Positions 24,274 through 31,856 of a stretch of DNA of 32,000 nt are shown here, one piece after another. A program made the position numbers and the translations under genes. Source of the DNA: Chlamydiota bacterium (lineage in GTDB: Bacteria > Auribacterota > JACPWU01); contig JACPWU010000022.1 in NCBI GenBank assembly GCA_016196885.1, forward strand, positions 1-32,000, written 5' to 3'. Below the pieces are notes generated by a model. It was not told the DNA's origin. It did not search any database and was given only the letters and a program-made list of their open reading frames with translations. The first letter of the stretch is position 1; every line of letters begins with the position of its first letter.

Positions 24274-25440
24274 GTGAAAAACGACTTAAATCAATATCTT
24301 AACAAGCAAGTCCAGGCCCTTCCCCCTTCCGGCATCCGAGCGTTTTTCGAGCTGGTCATTGGGATGAAAGACATCATTTCTCTGGGCGTTGGGGAACCTG
24401 ATTTCGACACCCCGTGGGCCATTCGTGAATCTGCCATTTATTCGATTGAACATGGCCATACCACCTACACCTCTAACAAAGGGCTTTTGCAATTAAGAAA
24501 CGAGATCGCAAAATATCTCCGGGGAAAATTCAAGTTGGATTATGACCCTGAAAATGAAATCCTCATCACGGTAGGGGTGAGCGAGGCTATGGATTTGGCT
24601 GTGCGAGCCCTTCTCAATCCCCGCGACACCGTCCTCATTCCGGAACCTTGCTATGTCTCTTATTCTCCCATTGTTTCTTTAGCCGGGGGAAATCCTCAAT
24701 ATCTTTCCACGCGAAAAGAAGAAAAGTTTAAGCTGCGCCTGCAAGACCTCGAAAAAATAAAAGGCGCCAAACCCAAGGTACTGATTTTAAATTATCCCTC
24801 TAATCCGACAGGCACTTCTTATTCTAAAAAGGAATTAGAGGCCATTGCAAAAACGATTCACAAAATGAATCTCTTTGTCATCAGCGATGAAATTTATTCG
24901 GATCTCTCTTATGAAACACCGCACACGGCCTTCGCGAGCCTTCCTCAAATGAAAGACAGAACGCTTCTCGTGAATGGATTCTCAAAAGGTTATGCCATGA
25001 CGGGCTGGCGTATCGGATATGCTGCTGGGCCTCGTCCCCTCCTAGACGCCATGACCAAAATCCATCAATATACGATCATGTGCGCTCCCATCATGGGACA
25101 ATGGGCCGCTTGTGAAGCCCTCAAAAATGGGGAAACCGCCATTTCAAACATGCGCAAGGAATACGAACGGCGAAGAAATTTTATCGTAGACGGCCTCAAC
25201 AAAATAGGCCTTGAATGCCACCACCCGGAAGGCGCCTTTTACGCGTTTCCCTCTATTCAAAAAACAGGGATGGATTCAATGAACTTCGCAAAAAAATTGC
25301 TCGAAAAAGAAAAGGTCGCTGTGGTGCCTGGAACTGCCTTTGGTCCCTCCGGAGAAGGCTTTGTCCGTCTTTCCTATGCAACCGGAATGGATAAGATTAA
25401 AGAAGCGCTTTTAAGAATGAGAAGATTTATTAAGAGTTAA
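24274..25440 (+). CDS. Class I/II pyridoxal-phosphate-dependent aminotransferase (aspartate/aromatic-type)
   Basis: 388 aa with a GTG start and PLP-lysine context NGFSKGYAMTGWRIGY. Also carries NYPSNPTG and a C-terminal VRLSYA. Confidence 0.9.
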   Translation: MKNDLNQYLNKQVQALPPSGIRAFFELVIGMKDIISLGVGEPDFDTPWAIRESAIYSIEHGHTTYTSNKGLLQLRNEIAKYLRGKFKLDYDPENEILITVGVSEAMDLAVRALLNPRDTVLIPEPCYVSYSPIVSLAGGNPQYLSTRKEEKFKLRLQDLEKIKGAKPKVLILNYPSNPTGTSYSKKELEAIAKTIHKMNLFVISDEIYSDLSYETPHTAFASLPQMKDRTLLVNGFSKGYAMTGWRIGYAAGPRPLLDAMTKIHQYTIMCAPIMGQWAACEALKNGETAISNMRKEYERRRNFIVDGLNKIGLECHHPEGAFYAFPSIQKTGMDSMNFAKKLLEKEKVAVVPGTAFGPSGEGFVRLSYATGMDKIKEALLRMRRFIKS

Positions 25441-26103
25441 GATGCCAGATGATGCTTCATAACTCCCCCCACCCCTCAAAACAAACTTCACAGGAACTTC
25501 CAGAACCCTTGATAAACCTCGTGAAAATTTCCATTCCTGAATCGTATGAAGAGCAGACGCATCCAATATTTCACGCCCAGAAGATTGAGAAACTGAAACA
25601 CTCGAAACTTGACCCTCTTCATTCACGGCCACCTTCAACAAAACCTCTCCCTCCCATCCCTTTAAAAGAGCCATTCGCGGATAAGGAGGGACCGGATTTC
25701 CAGAAATGCCACTATCTGTGTCAGGAACCCCCAGGGTTTGAGAAGAAGGAATATTCAAAGAGGAAGTGGCGGCGGGTTGAGACGAACTCCTGTTTGTGTC
25801 ATCCCGAGGAACATCGCAACGAGGGATCCTTTTCCTAGAATTAAAAGGCAAGATTTCTCCTCCGATTTCGATCGGGGTCGAAATGACAGCGGAATCCACC
25901 TTGTTTGAATCTGCTGTCACTTTCTTTTCAATATTCTTCTCAACCCCCTCCCTCCCCACACTTACAATCTCAACCTCAACGCTTCCCATCCCTCTTTGGA
26001 CAGAAAATGGCTTCTCCCCAAAATCATGTAGGAATAGCCCCCACGCTGTCAAACCTAGACCCGCATGCAGAAAGGTTGAAAGGGCTAAAAAGAATGGTTT
26101 CAT
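25411..26103 (-). CDS. tonB: Energy transducer TonB
   Basis: N-terminal TM anchor MKPFFLALSTFLHAGLGLTAWGLFL and the C-terminal TonB domain PPYPRMALLKGWEGEVLLKVAVNEEGQV...IQEWKF. The track start 26139 translates the heptad array (MTNDRQRTTVLK), so ATG 26103 is preferred. Confidence 0.82.
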   Translation of the reverse strand: MKPFFLALSTFLHAGLGLTAWGLFLHDFGEKPFSVQRGMGSVEVEIVSVGREGVEKNIEKKVTADSNKVDSAVISTPIEIGGEILPFNSRKRIPRCDVPRDDTNRSSSQPAATSSLNIPSSQTLGVPDTDSGISGNPVPPYPRMALLKGWEGEVLLKVAVNEEGQVSSVSVSQSSGREILDASALHTIQEWKFSRGLSRVLEVPVKFVLRGGGSYEASSGILTLNKSSHS

Positions 26104-26112
26104 CTTTAAAAC

Positions 26113-26189
26113 CGTCGTTCGTTGTCTGTCGTTCGTCATCCGTCAGTCGTTTCAACGAAATACGAGTAACGAACGACGGACGACGGCAT
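26113..26189. repeat. Phase-locked 11-unit heptad hairpin between the TBDR stop and the tonB start
   Basis: CGTCGTT CGTTGTC TGTCGTT CGTCATC CGTCAGT CGTTTCA | ACGAAAT ACGAGTA ACGAACG ACGGACG ACGGCAT. The 7-nt register holds through the inversion centre. The array abuts the TBDR stop (26190). Confidence 0.9.
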
Positions 26190-28049
26190 TTAAAATTCTC
26201 CCCTGACTCCTCCAAACACCAAAATCCCGGGCGCAGGAAAGCCGGAGGCCTCTTCATAATCGTCATCGAGCAGGTTTTCAACTCGCACATACGGCGCCCA
26301 ATGCTCATTCACCTGATAAGAAACAGCCACATCCAACTTCACATAACCTTCCAACTCCTTGTCAAAATCCGGCCGGGATCCTACAAACGTCGCATCGGTT
26401 GAGAGAGTCCACTCTTGCCATTTTAAGATAGCACCCACCGAGCCGCTGTCATCTGGCCTACGAATCAGGGGCTCTCCCGTCACATCATTTTCAGCATCCA
26501 AATGCGTCCAACTTCCCTTGAGTGTCAAACACTCCCAAGGCTTCACGAACCCAGAAAGTTCAAGCCCATCAATGCTCGCCTCAGAAATATTATTTGCCCT
26601 GGAAACAAAGGGATCCAATGAAATGACTTCTGAATCAATCAAATCATCGTAATCCGTCTGAAAATAAGCAAAATCGATCCCGACCTTTTCCTTTAAAAAT
26701 GTCTGCTCAAAACCCGCTTCCCATCCTTGCGATTCCTCAGGCTTCAAATCGGGATTTCCATAATCCGGAAAAACGAGTTCATTCACACTGGGTGAGCGGA
26801 AACCCTCTCCCCAGCTGGCCTTGAGCTTGGTTTGGGGAAAAATCCAAAAGGCCCCTGACACCTTGGGAGAGACCTCCCCCCCAAAAATGCTATTCTCATC
26901 ATACCTGACTCCTGGCACGATAAAAACGCGATCCCAAAAATTAAACTGATCCTGGAAATAAAATGCAAAATTATTGGGATCTTCTTCAAAGGGATAATCC
27001 GATCCAAAGGCATTGCCCGTCGTCGTGTTTTTCCCAAACAAATCTTGATATTCAAACCCCGCCGTCAGGGTCTGAAGATCACCCCAGAAAAAATTGTGCT
27101 GCCACTCGACGGTGCTCATTTCATTCGTGATACGGCTAAGCGTTTCCACGCCCACTTCATCCGGATTCAAAGGATCCCGATCCTTGAGAAATTCATGATT
27201 GAAAGAAAGTGTCAATTGATGTTCCCACCCACTCGTCAGCCAATGGTCTATCTTCAACGCCACCCACTCAGAATCCGTCTCAAGAGAACGGTTGGGATCA
27301 GGAATCGTAATTCCAAAATCCTGAATCTCTTTTTCGGCCCTCCCCACACGAGAAATAAGATCCAATCTTAACTGATCCGAGACATCCACTCCCGCATTCC
27401 CCGTCCACTGAAAATTCTCGTAGGCATCGTTGTCAAACTCTCCCTCCGTGGTGAGATAAGAATAGGTAGACGAAAGATCCACCCTACCTTTCTTCCCCGA
27501 AAAACCTGCAAACCCTCGCGCCGTCTCATCCATCCCGCCTTCACCTTCAAAGAACAAACGGGGCCTCCCCTCTCCTTTTTTCGTAATAATATGGATGACG
27601 CCCCCCATGGCCTCGGAGCCATACAGAGCACTTTGGATCCCTCGAACAATTTCAATGCGGTCCACATGATCCACCCTCAAATGGCCAAAATCGAAACTTC
27701 CCACCGTCGGTGCATTCACCTCCACCCCATCCATCAAGACCAGCGTTTGTGCACTCGTTGCACCCCGCAAAAACGTCGTCGCATTAGCCCCTTGTGTGCC
27801 ATTTCTCACCACGAATACACCCGGCACATTTCGCAAAGACTCTTCGACCATCTCTTCATGTCGATCAGAGATCTCACCCGAATCGACCACAGAGTAAGAC
27901 TGCGTCACATGACTCACCGGCGTTTCGAGTTTTGTAGCCGTCACAATCACGGGTTCTGTTTTCTGGACCTCGTCTCCCCAAGACGGTAAATAAAATCCTA
28001 AAGACAAAATCAACGCCAAAGAACTTTTAAAAAAATGTCTTCCCTTCAT
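26190..28049 (-). CDS. btuB: TonB-dependent outer-membrane receptor, a probable cobalamin/corrinoid transporter
   Basis: 619 aa with a signal peptide, TonB box EPVIVTATKLETP, a plug plus barrel, and a terminal aromatic residue (GVRGEF). SD GGAGGGG precedes the start. It lies in the operon behind the cobalamin riboswitch. Confidence 0.82.
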   Translation of the reverse strand: MKGRHFFKSSLALILSLGFYLPSWGDEVQKTEPVIVTATKLETPVSHVTQSYSVVDSGEISDRHEEMVEESLRNVPGVFVVRNGTQGANATTFLRGATSAQTLVLMDGVEVNAPTVGSFDFGHLRVDHVDRIEIVRGIQSALYGSEAMGGVIHIITKKGEGRPRLFFEGEGGMDETARGFAGFSGKKGRVDLSSTYSYLTTEGEFDNDAYENFQWTGNAGVDVSDQLRLDLISRVGRAEKEIQDFGITIPDPNRSLETDSEWVALKIDHWLTSGWEHQLTLSFNHEFLKDRDPLNPDEVGVETLSRITNEMSTVEWQHNFFWGDLQTLTAGFEYQDLFGKNTTTGNAFGSDYPFEEDPNNFAFYFQDQFNFWDRVFIVPGVRYDENSIFGGEVSPKVSGAFWIFPQTKLKASWGEGFRSPSVNELVFPDYGNPDLKPEESQGWEAGFEQTFLKEKVGIDFAYFQTDYDDLIDSEVISLDPFVSRANNISEASIDGLELSGFVKPWECLTLKGSWTHLDAENDVTGEPLIRRPDDSGSVGAILKWQEWTLSTDATFVGSRPDFDKELEGYVKLDVAVSYQVNEHWAPYVRVENLLDDDYEEASGFPAPGILVFGGVRGEF

Positions 28050-28064
28050 ATCCCCTCCTCGTTC

Positions 28065-28685
28065 TTATAAGATTTTCAAAACCAAACGAAACACCATCAC
28101 ACTCACCATCACACTCACTTCCATCGTCTCTTCAAAAAGGAAAAAATATTTCTTGAAGAATCGTAAACCCATGGCCAAAAGAGCGACCGCCACCCCAAAC
28201 ACAAAAATCCCCAGGGGGCCACAGGCCAAGGCCAAAGAAAGGCAAATAAAGGAAGCCCATAACACATCTTCCCATTCCCACCCTTTTGGCTTCGCATCCC
28301 TTATCTTCCAAGCCCAGGCCCCACTGGAAAAAGTTGTCATAAAAATCAAGCTCATCCATCTCAAGGGAAAAGGGACGAGACACAAAATCACCCCTTTCAA
28401 AAGCGTCCAGAAAAGCGTTTCAAAAAAATGAGACGAGAAACTCAATAAGTTTTCTAGGCCGCGAGAATACTTAAGCCCCATCCAGCCAAAGAGCAAAATT
28501 CCATTCGCCAAGAAAAGTGGAACACAGCCCCTCAGCATCTGGTCCAGATACACCAACACCACACCCGCAAAAATCCCAATCACAGGAAAATAGGCGAGGG
28601 CCCGCGACTTCACCTCTTCAGAAGGCTCCGTCTTTCCCAAATGGACACAGGTCAAAAATTGAAGTGCTTGCCTAAATGAATTCAT
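28065..28685 (-). CDS. CobS-like (adenosylcobinamide-GDP ribazoletransferase family-like) polytopic membrane protein, short and apparently degenerate
   Basis: The N-terminus FRQALQFLTCVHLGK...RALAYFPVIGIFAGVVL resembles the CobS signature (ALQFLTRLP...YFPLVGL). At 206 aa it is short of the typical ~250. It is the first gene after the cobalamin riboswitch. Confidence 0.55.
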   Translation of the reverse strand: MNSFRQALQFLTCVHLGKTEPSEEVKSRALAYFPVIGIFAGVVLVYLDQMLRGCVPLFLANGILLFGWMGLKYSRGLENLLSFSSHFFETLFWTLLKGVILCLVPFPLRWMSLIFMTTFSSGAWAWKIRDAKPKGWEWEDVLWASFICLSLALACGPLGIFVFGVAVALLAMGLRFFKKYFFLFEETMEVSVMVSVMVFRLVLKIL

Positions 28686-28690
28686 TTTTT

Positions 28691-28732
28691 CGTCGTTCGT
28701 TGTTCGTCGTTGGTCGTTCGTATTTCGTAGAT
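28691..28732. repeat. Heptad array (6 units) in the 5' leader just upstream of the CobS-like ATG
   Basis: CGTCGTT CGTTGTT CGTCGTT GGTCGTT CGTATTT CGTAGAT. The array is separated from ATG 28685 by A5 on the coding strand. Confidence 0.9.
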
Positions 28733-28776
28733 ACTAAACTTAGAGAAAAGAGAACCTGAGGGATAAAAAAGAGGAC

Positions 28777-28816
28777 AAAAAAACCCATCTCTTCGCATTC
28801 ATACGAAGAATGGGTT
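28777..28816 (-). terminator. Intrinsic terminator forming the expression platform of the cobalamin riboswitch
   Basis: Minus-strand RNA reads ACCCAUUCUUCG-UAUGAAUG-CGAAGAGAUGGGU followed by U7. That is a 6+6 bp stem with one bulge and an 8-nt loop, located between the aptamer and the first ORF. Confidence 0.7.
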
Positions 28817-28931
28817 TAAAATCTCATGAGTTCTAAAAAGAGATACGTCTGCATCTTGCCTTCCCCTCGAAGGTCTCACACCCTAGACAAATGATTTTTC
28901 ACTTGCCCGGGTCATTGATTATTTTTTTATT

Positions 28932-29104
28932 CACCCAGGTCTTCTGGCTCCCCAGCCCTTTTGACTGCCTTCCCAATCCAACCCAATGTCAGACCAGTGG
29001 CTCCTTCTTCGTCAAAAGGTTCCTTTCTCTTTCGAGAAAGGACTAGGTTACAGCGGCGGGGCCGCTCCGGATTCTAACCGGATTCCCTTAGAGTAAACGC
29101 GACC
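28932..29104 (-). promoter_or_regulatory. Cobalamin (B12) riboswitch aptamer
   Basis: Minus-strand sequence contains CUCUAAGGGAAUCCGGUUAGAAUCCGGAGCGGCCCCGCCGCUGUAACC, GAGCCACUGG, GGGAAGGCAGUCA and GCCAGAAGACCUGGGUG (B12 box). These blocks align with the E. coli btuB leader as I recall it. Confidence 0.9.
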
Positions 29105-29133
29105 AGTAAACTCCATCTCCAAAATATTGTCAA
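29105..29133 (-). promoter_or_regulatory. Candidate sigma70 promoter driving the riboswitch operon
   Basis: On the minus strand, TTGACA (29133-29128), a 17-nt spacer, then TTTACT (29110-29105), immediately 5' of the aptamer. Confidence 0.5.
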
Positions 29134-29222
29134 TAAAAAATGAGGGTGGCCCCAAGGAAAGGGTGTGGGAAAAACGAGCAAATCTTTCCCATGGGCTATA
29201 AAGTTGTGATAAAGTTTCAACT

Positions 29223-29594
29223 ATGAAATGGCTTTGTCTCACCCTCGGGGGTATTGCAGGAACATTCGCCCGCTATGTCTTGGCGGGTCTGGTCTATGAA
29301 ATCACAGGAACGAGTTTTCCCTACGGGACCCTGATCGTGAATCTCACAGGCTGCCTTATCATCGGTTTTTTAGCAGCCCTGTCCGAAGAAAAATTTCTCT
29401 TGGGACCGAACGCGAGATTTCTCCTCATGGTTGGTTTCTGCGGAGCTTTCACCACTTTCTCTACCTTCATTCTAGAAACATCTCATTTGATCAAAGACGG
29501 GGAAAATCTCAGGGCACTCTGGAATGTTTTTTCAAGTATCATGATCGGTTTTTTTATTTTTAGATTGGGTTTTTTTATCGGAGAAGTTGTTTAA
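29223..29594 (+). CDS. crcB: Fluoride ion channel CrcB/FluC
   Basis: 123 aa with four TM helices and motifs GGIAGTFARY, GTLIVNLTGC and GFCGAFTTFSTF. Confidence 0.93.
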   Translation: MKWLCLTLGGIAGTFARYVLAGLVYEITGTSFPYGTLIVNLTGCLIIGFLAALSEEKFLLGPNARFLLMVGFCGAFTTFSTFILETSHLIKDGENLRALWNVFSSIMIGFFIFRLGFFIGEVV

Positions 29595-29613
29595 CAAATA
29601 ATAAGGAGCTCCC

Positions 29614-29952
29614 ATGCGCCTCCCATCAGATGGAAAATTGTTGAGAATCTTTATCGGCGAGCAAGATGTCTGGCAGGGCCAACCTCTTTATGAGGCCATT
29701 GTCCATTTGGCCAAACGAGAAGGCATGGCAGGCGCGACCGCTATCAAAGGCTTCATGGGCTTTGGCTGCAAAAGCCATCTGCACACAACCAAACTTTTGA
29801 GGCTTTCAGAAGATTTACCCATCATCATAGAATTGGTAGACAGCGAAGAGAAAATATCAAAATTTCTCCCCCATTTAGACGAGATGGTGAAAGAAGGCCT
29901 GATCACCCTTGAAAAGGTCAATGTGATCCTGTACCGCGCACCAGGGGTTTAA
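29614..29952 (+). CDS. DUF190-family protein, commonly linked to crcB
   Basis: 112 aa with SD AAGGAG upstream. Sequence LRIFIGEQDVWQGQPLYEAIV...GMAGATAI.GFMGFG is typical of DUF190. It lies directly downstream of crcB. Confidence 0.82.
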   Translation: MRLPSDGKLLRIFIGEQDVWQGQPLYEAIVHLAKREGMAGATAIKGFMGFGCKSHLHTTKLLRLSEDLPIIIELVDSEEKISKFLPHLDEMVKEGLITLEKVNVILYRAPGV

Positions 29953-30016
29953 ACCATCTTGCATATTCTCTCAAATACGTTAGAATAAGAATAGACAATC
30001 CAAGCTGGGAGTTCCC

Positions 30017-30676
30017 ATGAAGACGGAAACGGTTGTTGGGCTTCAAATTAAAGCAGGAGAGAAAGTTCCAATATTTCCTCTTCCGAACGCCATTCTCTTT
30101 CCTCACGTGGAACTTCAATTGTACATCTTCGAACCCAGATACCAACAAATGTTGGAGGATTGCGTCAAAGGCCATTCCCTCATGGCCGTATCACTTCTCA
30201 AAAAAGGGTGGGAATCCCATCAAGAGCCCTTCCCCGCCTACGATGTGGTCGGAGTGGGCTATGTGAAACTCTCGATTCAAAACACGGAAGGTCATTCTAA
30301 TATCATCTTGAAAGGCATCGGCCGAGCGAAAATCTCAGAATATATTCAGCGCGACCCTTATCCAATCGCGAAAGTCATACCCATCGAAAAGGCCTCTGAA
30401 AGCTCTCAAGAAATCACCTGGCGAACGCGGAAACTCTCAAAACTCTTCACTGAAAAAATTTTCCGAACCAAAAAATCATCGGATGAAGAAATAAGATCCT
30501 TTGAAAAAATCACGGACCCGGAAGAACTTTCAGACATCGTTGCCTTCACAGCCAATCTGGATTATCACACCAAGCAAGAATTGCTCGAAACCTTTGATTT
30601 AAAGGACCGCCTCGACCGCCTGATTCAAATTTTAGAATCTGAGCTGCGTCTTTTGAAGGCGCAAGATAATAGCTAA
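30017..30676 (+). CDS. Stand-alone Lon N-terminal (LON substrate-binding) domain protein
   Basis: 219 aa. IFPLPNAILFPHVELQLYIFEPRYQQMLEDC matches the Lon N-domain start, and there is no ATPase or protease part. Confidence 0.82.
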   Translation: MKTETVVGLQIKAGEKVPIFPLPNAILFPHVELQLYIFEPRYQQMLEDCVKGHSLMAVSLLKKGWESHQEPFPAYDVVGVGYVKLSIQNTEGHSNIILKGIGRAKISEYIQRDPYPIAKVIPIEKASESSQEITWRTRKLSKLFTEKIFRTKKSSDEEIRSFEKITDPEELSDIVAFTANLDYHTKQELLETFDLKDRLDRLIQILESELRLLKAQDNS

Positions 30677-30682
30677 TTTTCT

Positions 30683-31741
30683 TCAAAAAAAGAAATTGAT
30701 CAACCCTCCAAGAATCAGAATCTGAGGCACACAAAGAGCAATCATCCACCATGCTGTTTTCCTTCCCAAATTCGTCCACACCAAGCCAATCTCTGTATAA
30801 TCCGTCGCCACGCCCGCCATCAAGAAAACAAAACTGTTTCCCAAGGCCCCTGTCTGCCGATAAATTTCAAAAGCCAAGGGAGCCGTTCCCTCGGAGCATA
30901 CCTCCAGAATCGCAGCAAAAAGAAGTGTAACCCCCAACCCCATTAAAGAAGGCCCTAGAAGGTGATGAAACAAATGGGATGGCACATAGGCAGAAATTAA
31001 ACTGGCCAAGATAAACCCGATCAGAATCCACCAAAGAACCATCTGCGAAAGCTCCCACACCCCTCGGAGAATGCCTCTGACATCCTTCCAAAGAACTTCC
31101 AAACTGAAATGATATTCTTGCCAGCGACGCTTCACATCTCCCAAAATCGAAAAATTTTCATCTACTGGAACCTCATGAATATTTTTCTCTATCAAACCTC
31201 GAACCTCCAATTTTTGAAAAACAAGCCCCGTCACAATCGCCACGATCAAGGCACAAAAAATAATCAGAACCCCTTTGACCCCAAAAAAACCGACAAGAAG
31301 GAGCGTCACCGGTAAATTGGCCCAGGGACTGGCCAAAAGAAAACTCACCACGGCAGGTCCCCCTGCCCCCTTTTTATGAAGCTCCATCGCAAGCGCCAAA
31401 ATCCCATGGCTGCAAGCACTCATCAAAAGCCCCAGCCCAACTGAATAAAAAATGGTGCGCTTACGGCGACGCGCCAAATATTTCGAAATATAAATTTTAG
31501 GAATATAATAATCGATCACACCGCCCAATATCATCCCAGCGAGCAGGGCCCACCAAATCATTCTCACATAACGCCAAAAAGCGATCTGAAAAGGATGAAG
31601 CCATGGAATAAAACATCCAAAGAGTAAAAGCGTCGCTAAAAAGATCAAAGTAACGATCAATTTATTTTTATACCAGACTGCTTTTTTAAGAGCCGTTTGG
31701 CAACAAGCATGGCTGTTTGGAACCGATTGATTTGATTGCAT
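30683..31741 (-). CDS. Polytopic permease (DUF318/ArsP_1-like, two Cys-containing half-motifs)
   Basis: 352 aa with about 8-10 TM helices and paired motifs SACSHG and EVCSEGTAP. An extended -10 (TGaTATAAT, 31749-31757) lies 8 nt upstream of the ATG. Confidence 0.75.
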   Translation of the reverse strand: MQSNQSVPNSHACCQTALKKAVWYKNKLIVTLIFLATLLLFGCFIPWLHPFQIAFWRYVRMIWWALLAGMILGGVIDYYIPKIYISKYLARRRKRTIFYSVGLGLLMSACSHGILALAMELHKKGAGGPAVVSFLLASPWANLPVTLLLVGFFGVKGVLIIFCALIVAIVTGLVFQKLEVRGLIEKNIHEVPVDENFSILGDVKRRWQEYHFSLEVLWKDVRGILRGVWELSQMVLWWILIGFILASLISAYVPSHLFHHLLGPSLMGLGVTLLFAAILEVCSEGTAPLAFEIYRQTGALGNSFVFLMAGVATDYTEIGLVWTNLGRKTAWWMIALCVPQILILGGLINFFF

Positions 31742-31799
31742 ATCTATTGATTATATCACGATCTTTTATCTAAGAGCCTATCCCCTCACTCTCGAGTGT

Positions 31800-31848
31800 A
31801 ATGCTTGTCAAACATAATGCTTGACAAACATCATGTTTATGAAGCATT
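31800..31848. promoter_or_regulatory. Three copies of a 16-bp operator-like motif (two direct, one inverted) in the divergent intergenic region
   Basis: AATGCTTGTCAAACAT (31800-31815) and AATGCTTGACAAACAT (31816-31831) are direct repeats. ATGTTTATGAAGCATT (31833-31848) is the reverse complement AATGCTTCATAAACAT, matching 13/16. Confidence 0.5.
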
Positions 31849-31856
31849 ATATTTGC

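Noticed and set aside
29134-29222. Expected fluoride riboswitch (crcB motif) upstream of crcB
   Set aside because: I could not find the conserved GGnGAUG...AACCGCC...CUGAUGAU core on the plus strand. The structured RNA nearby is a cobalamin riboswitch on the opposite strand that serves the divergent operon.
29048-29242. Minus-strand 64-aa track ORF
   Set aside because: It overlaps the riboswitch aptamer, its promoter and the crcB start. It has no SD or recognisable motifs.
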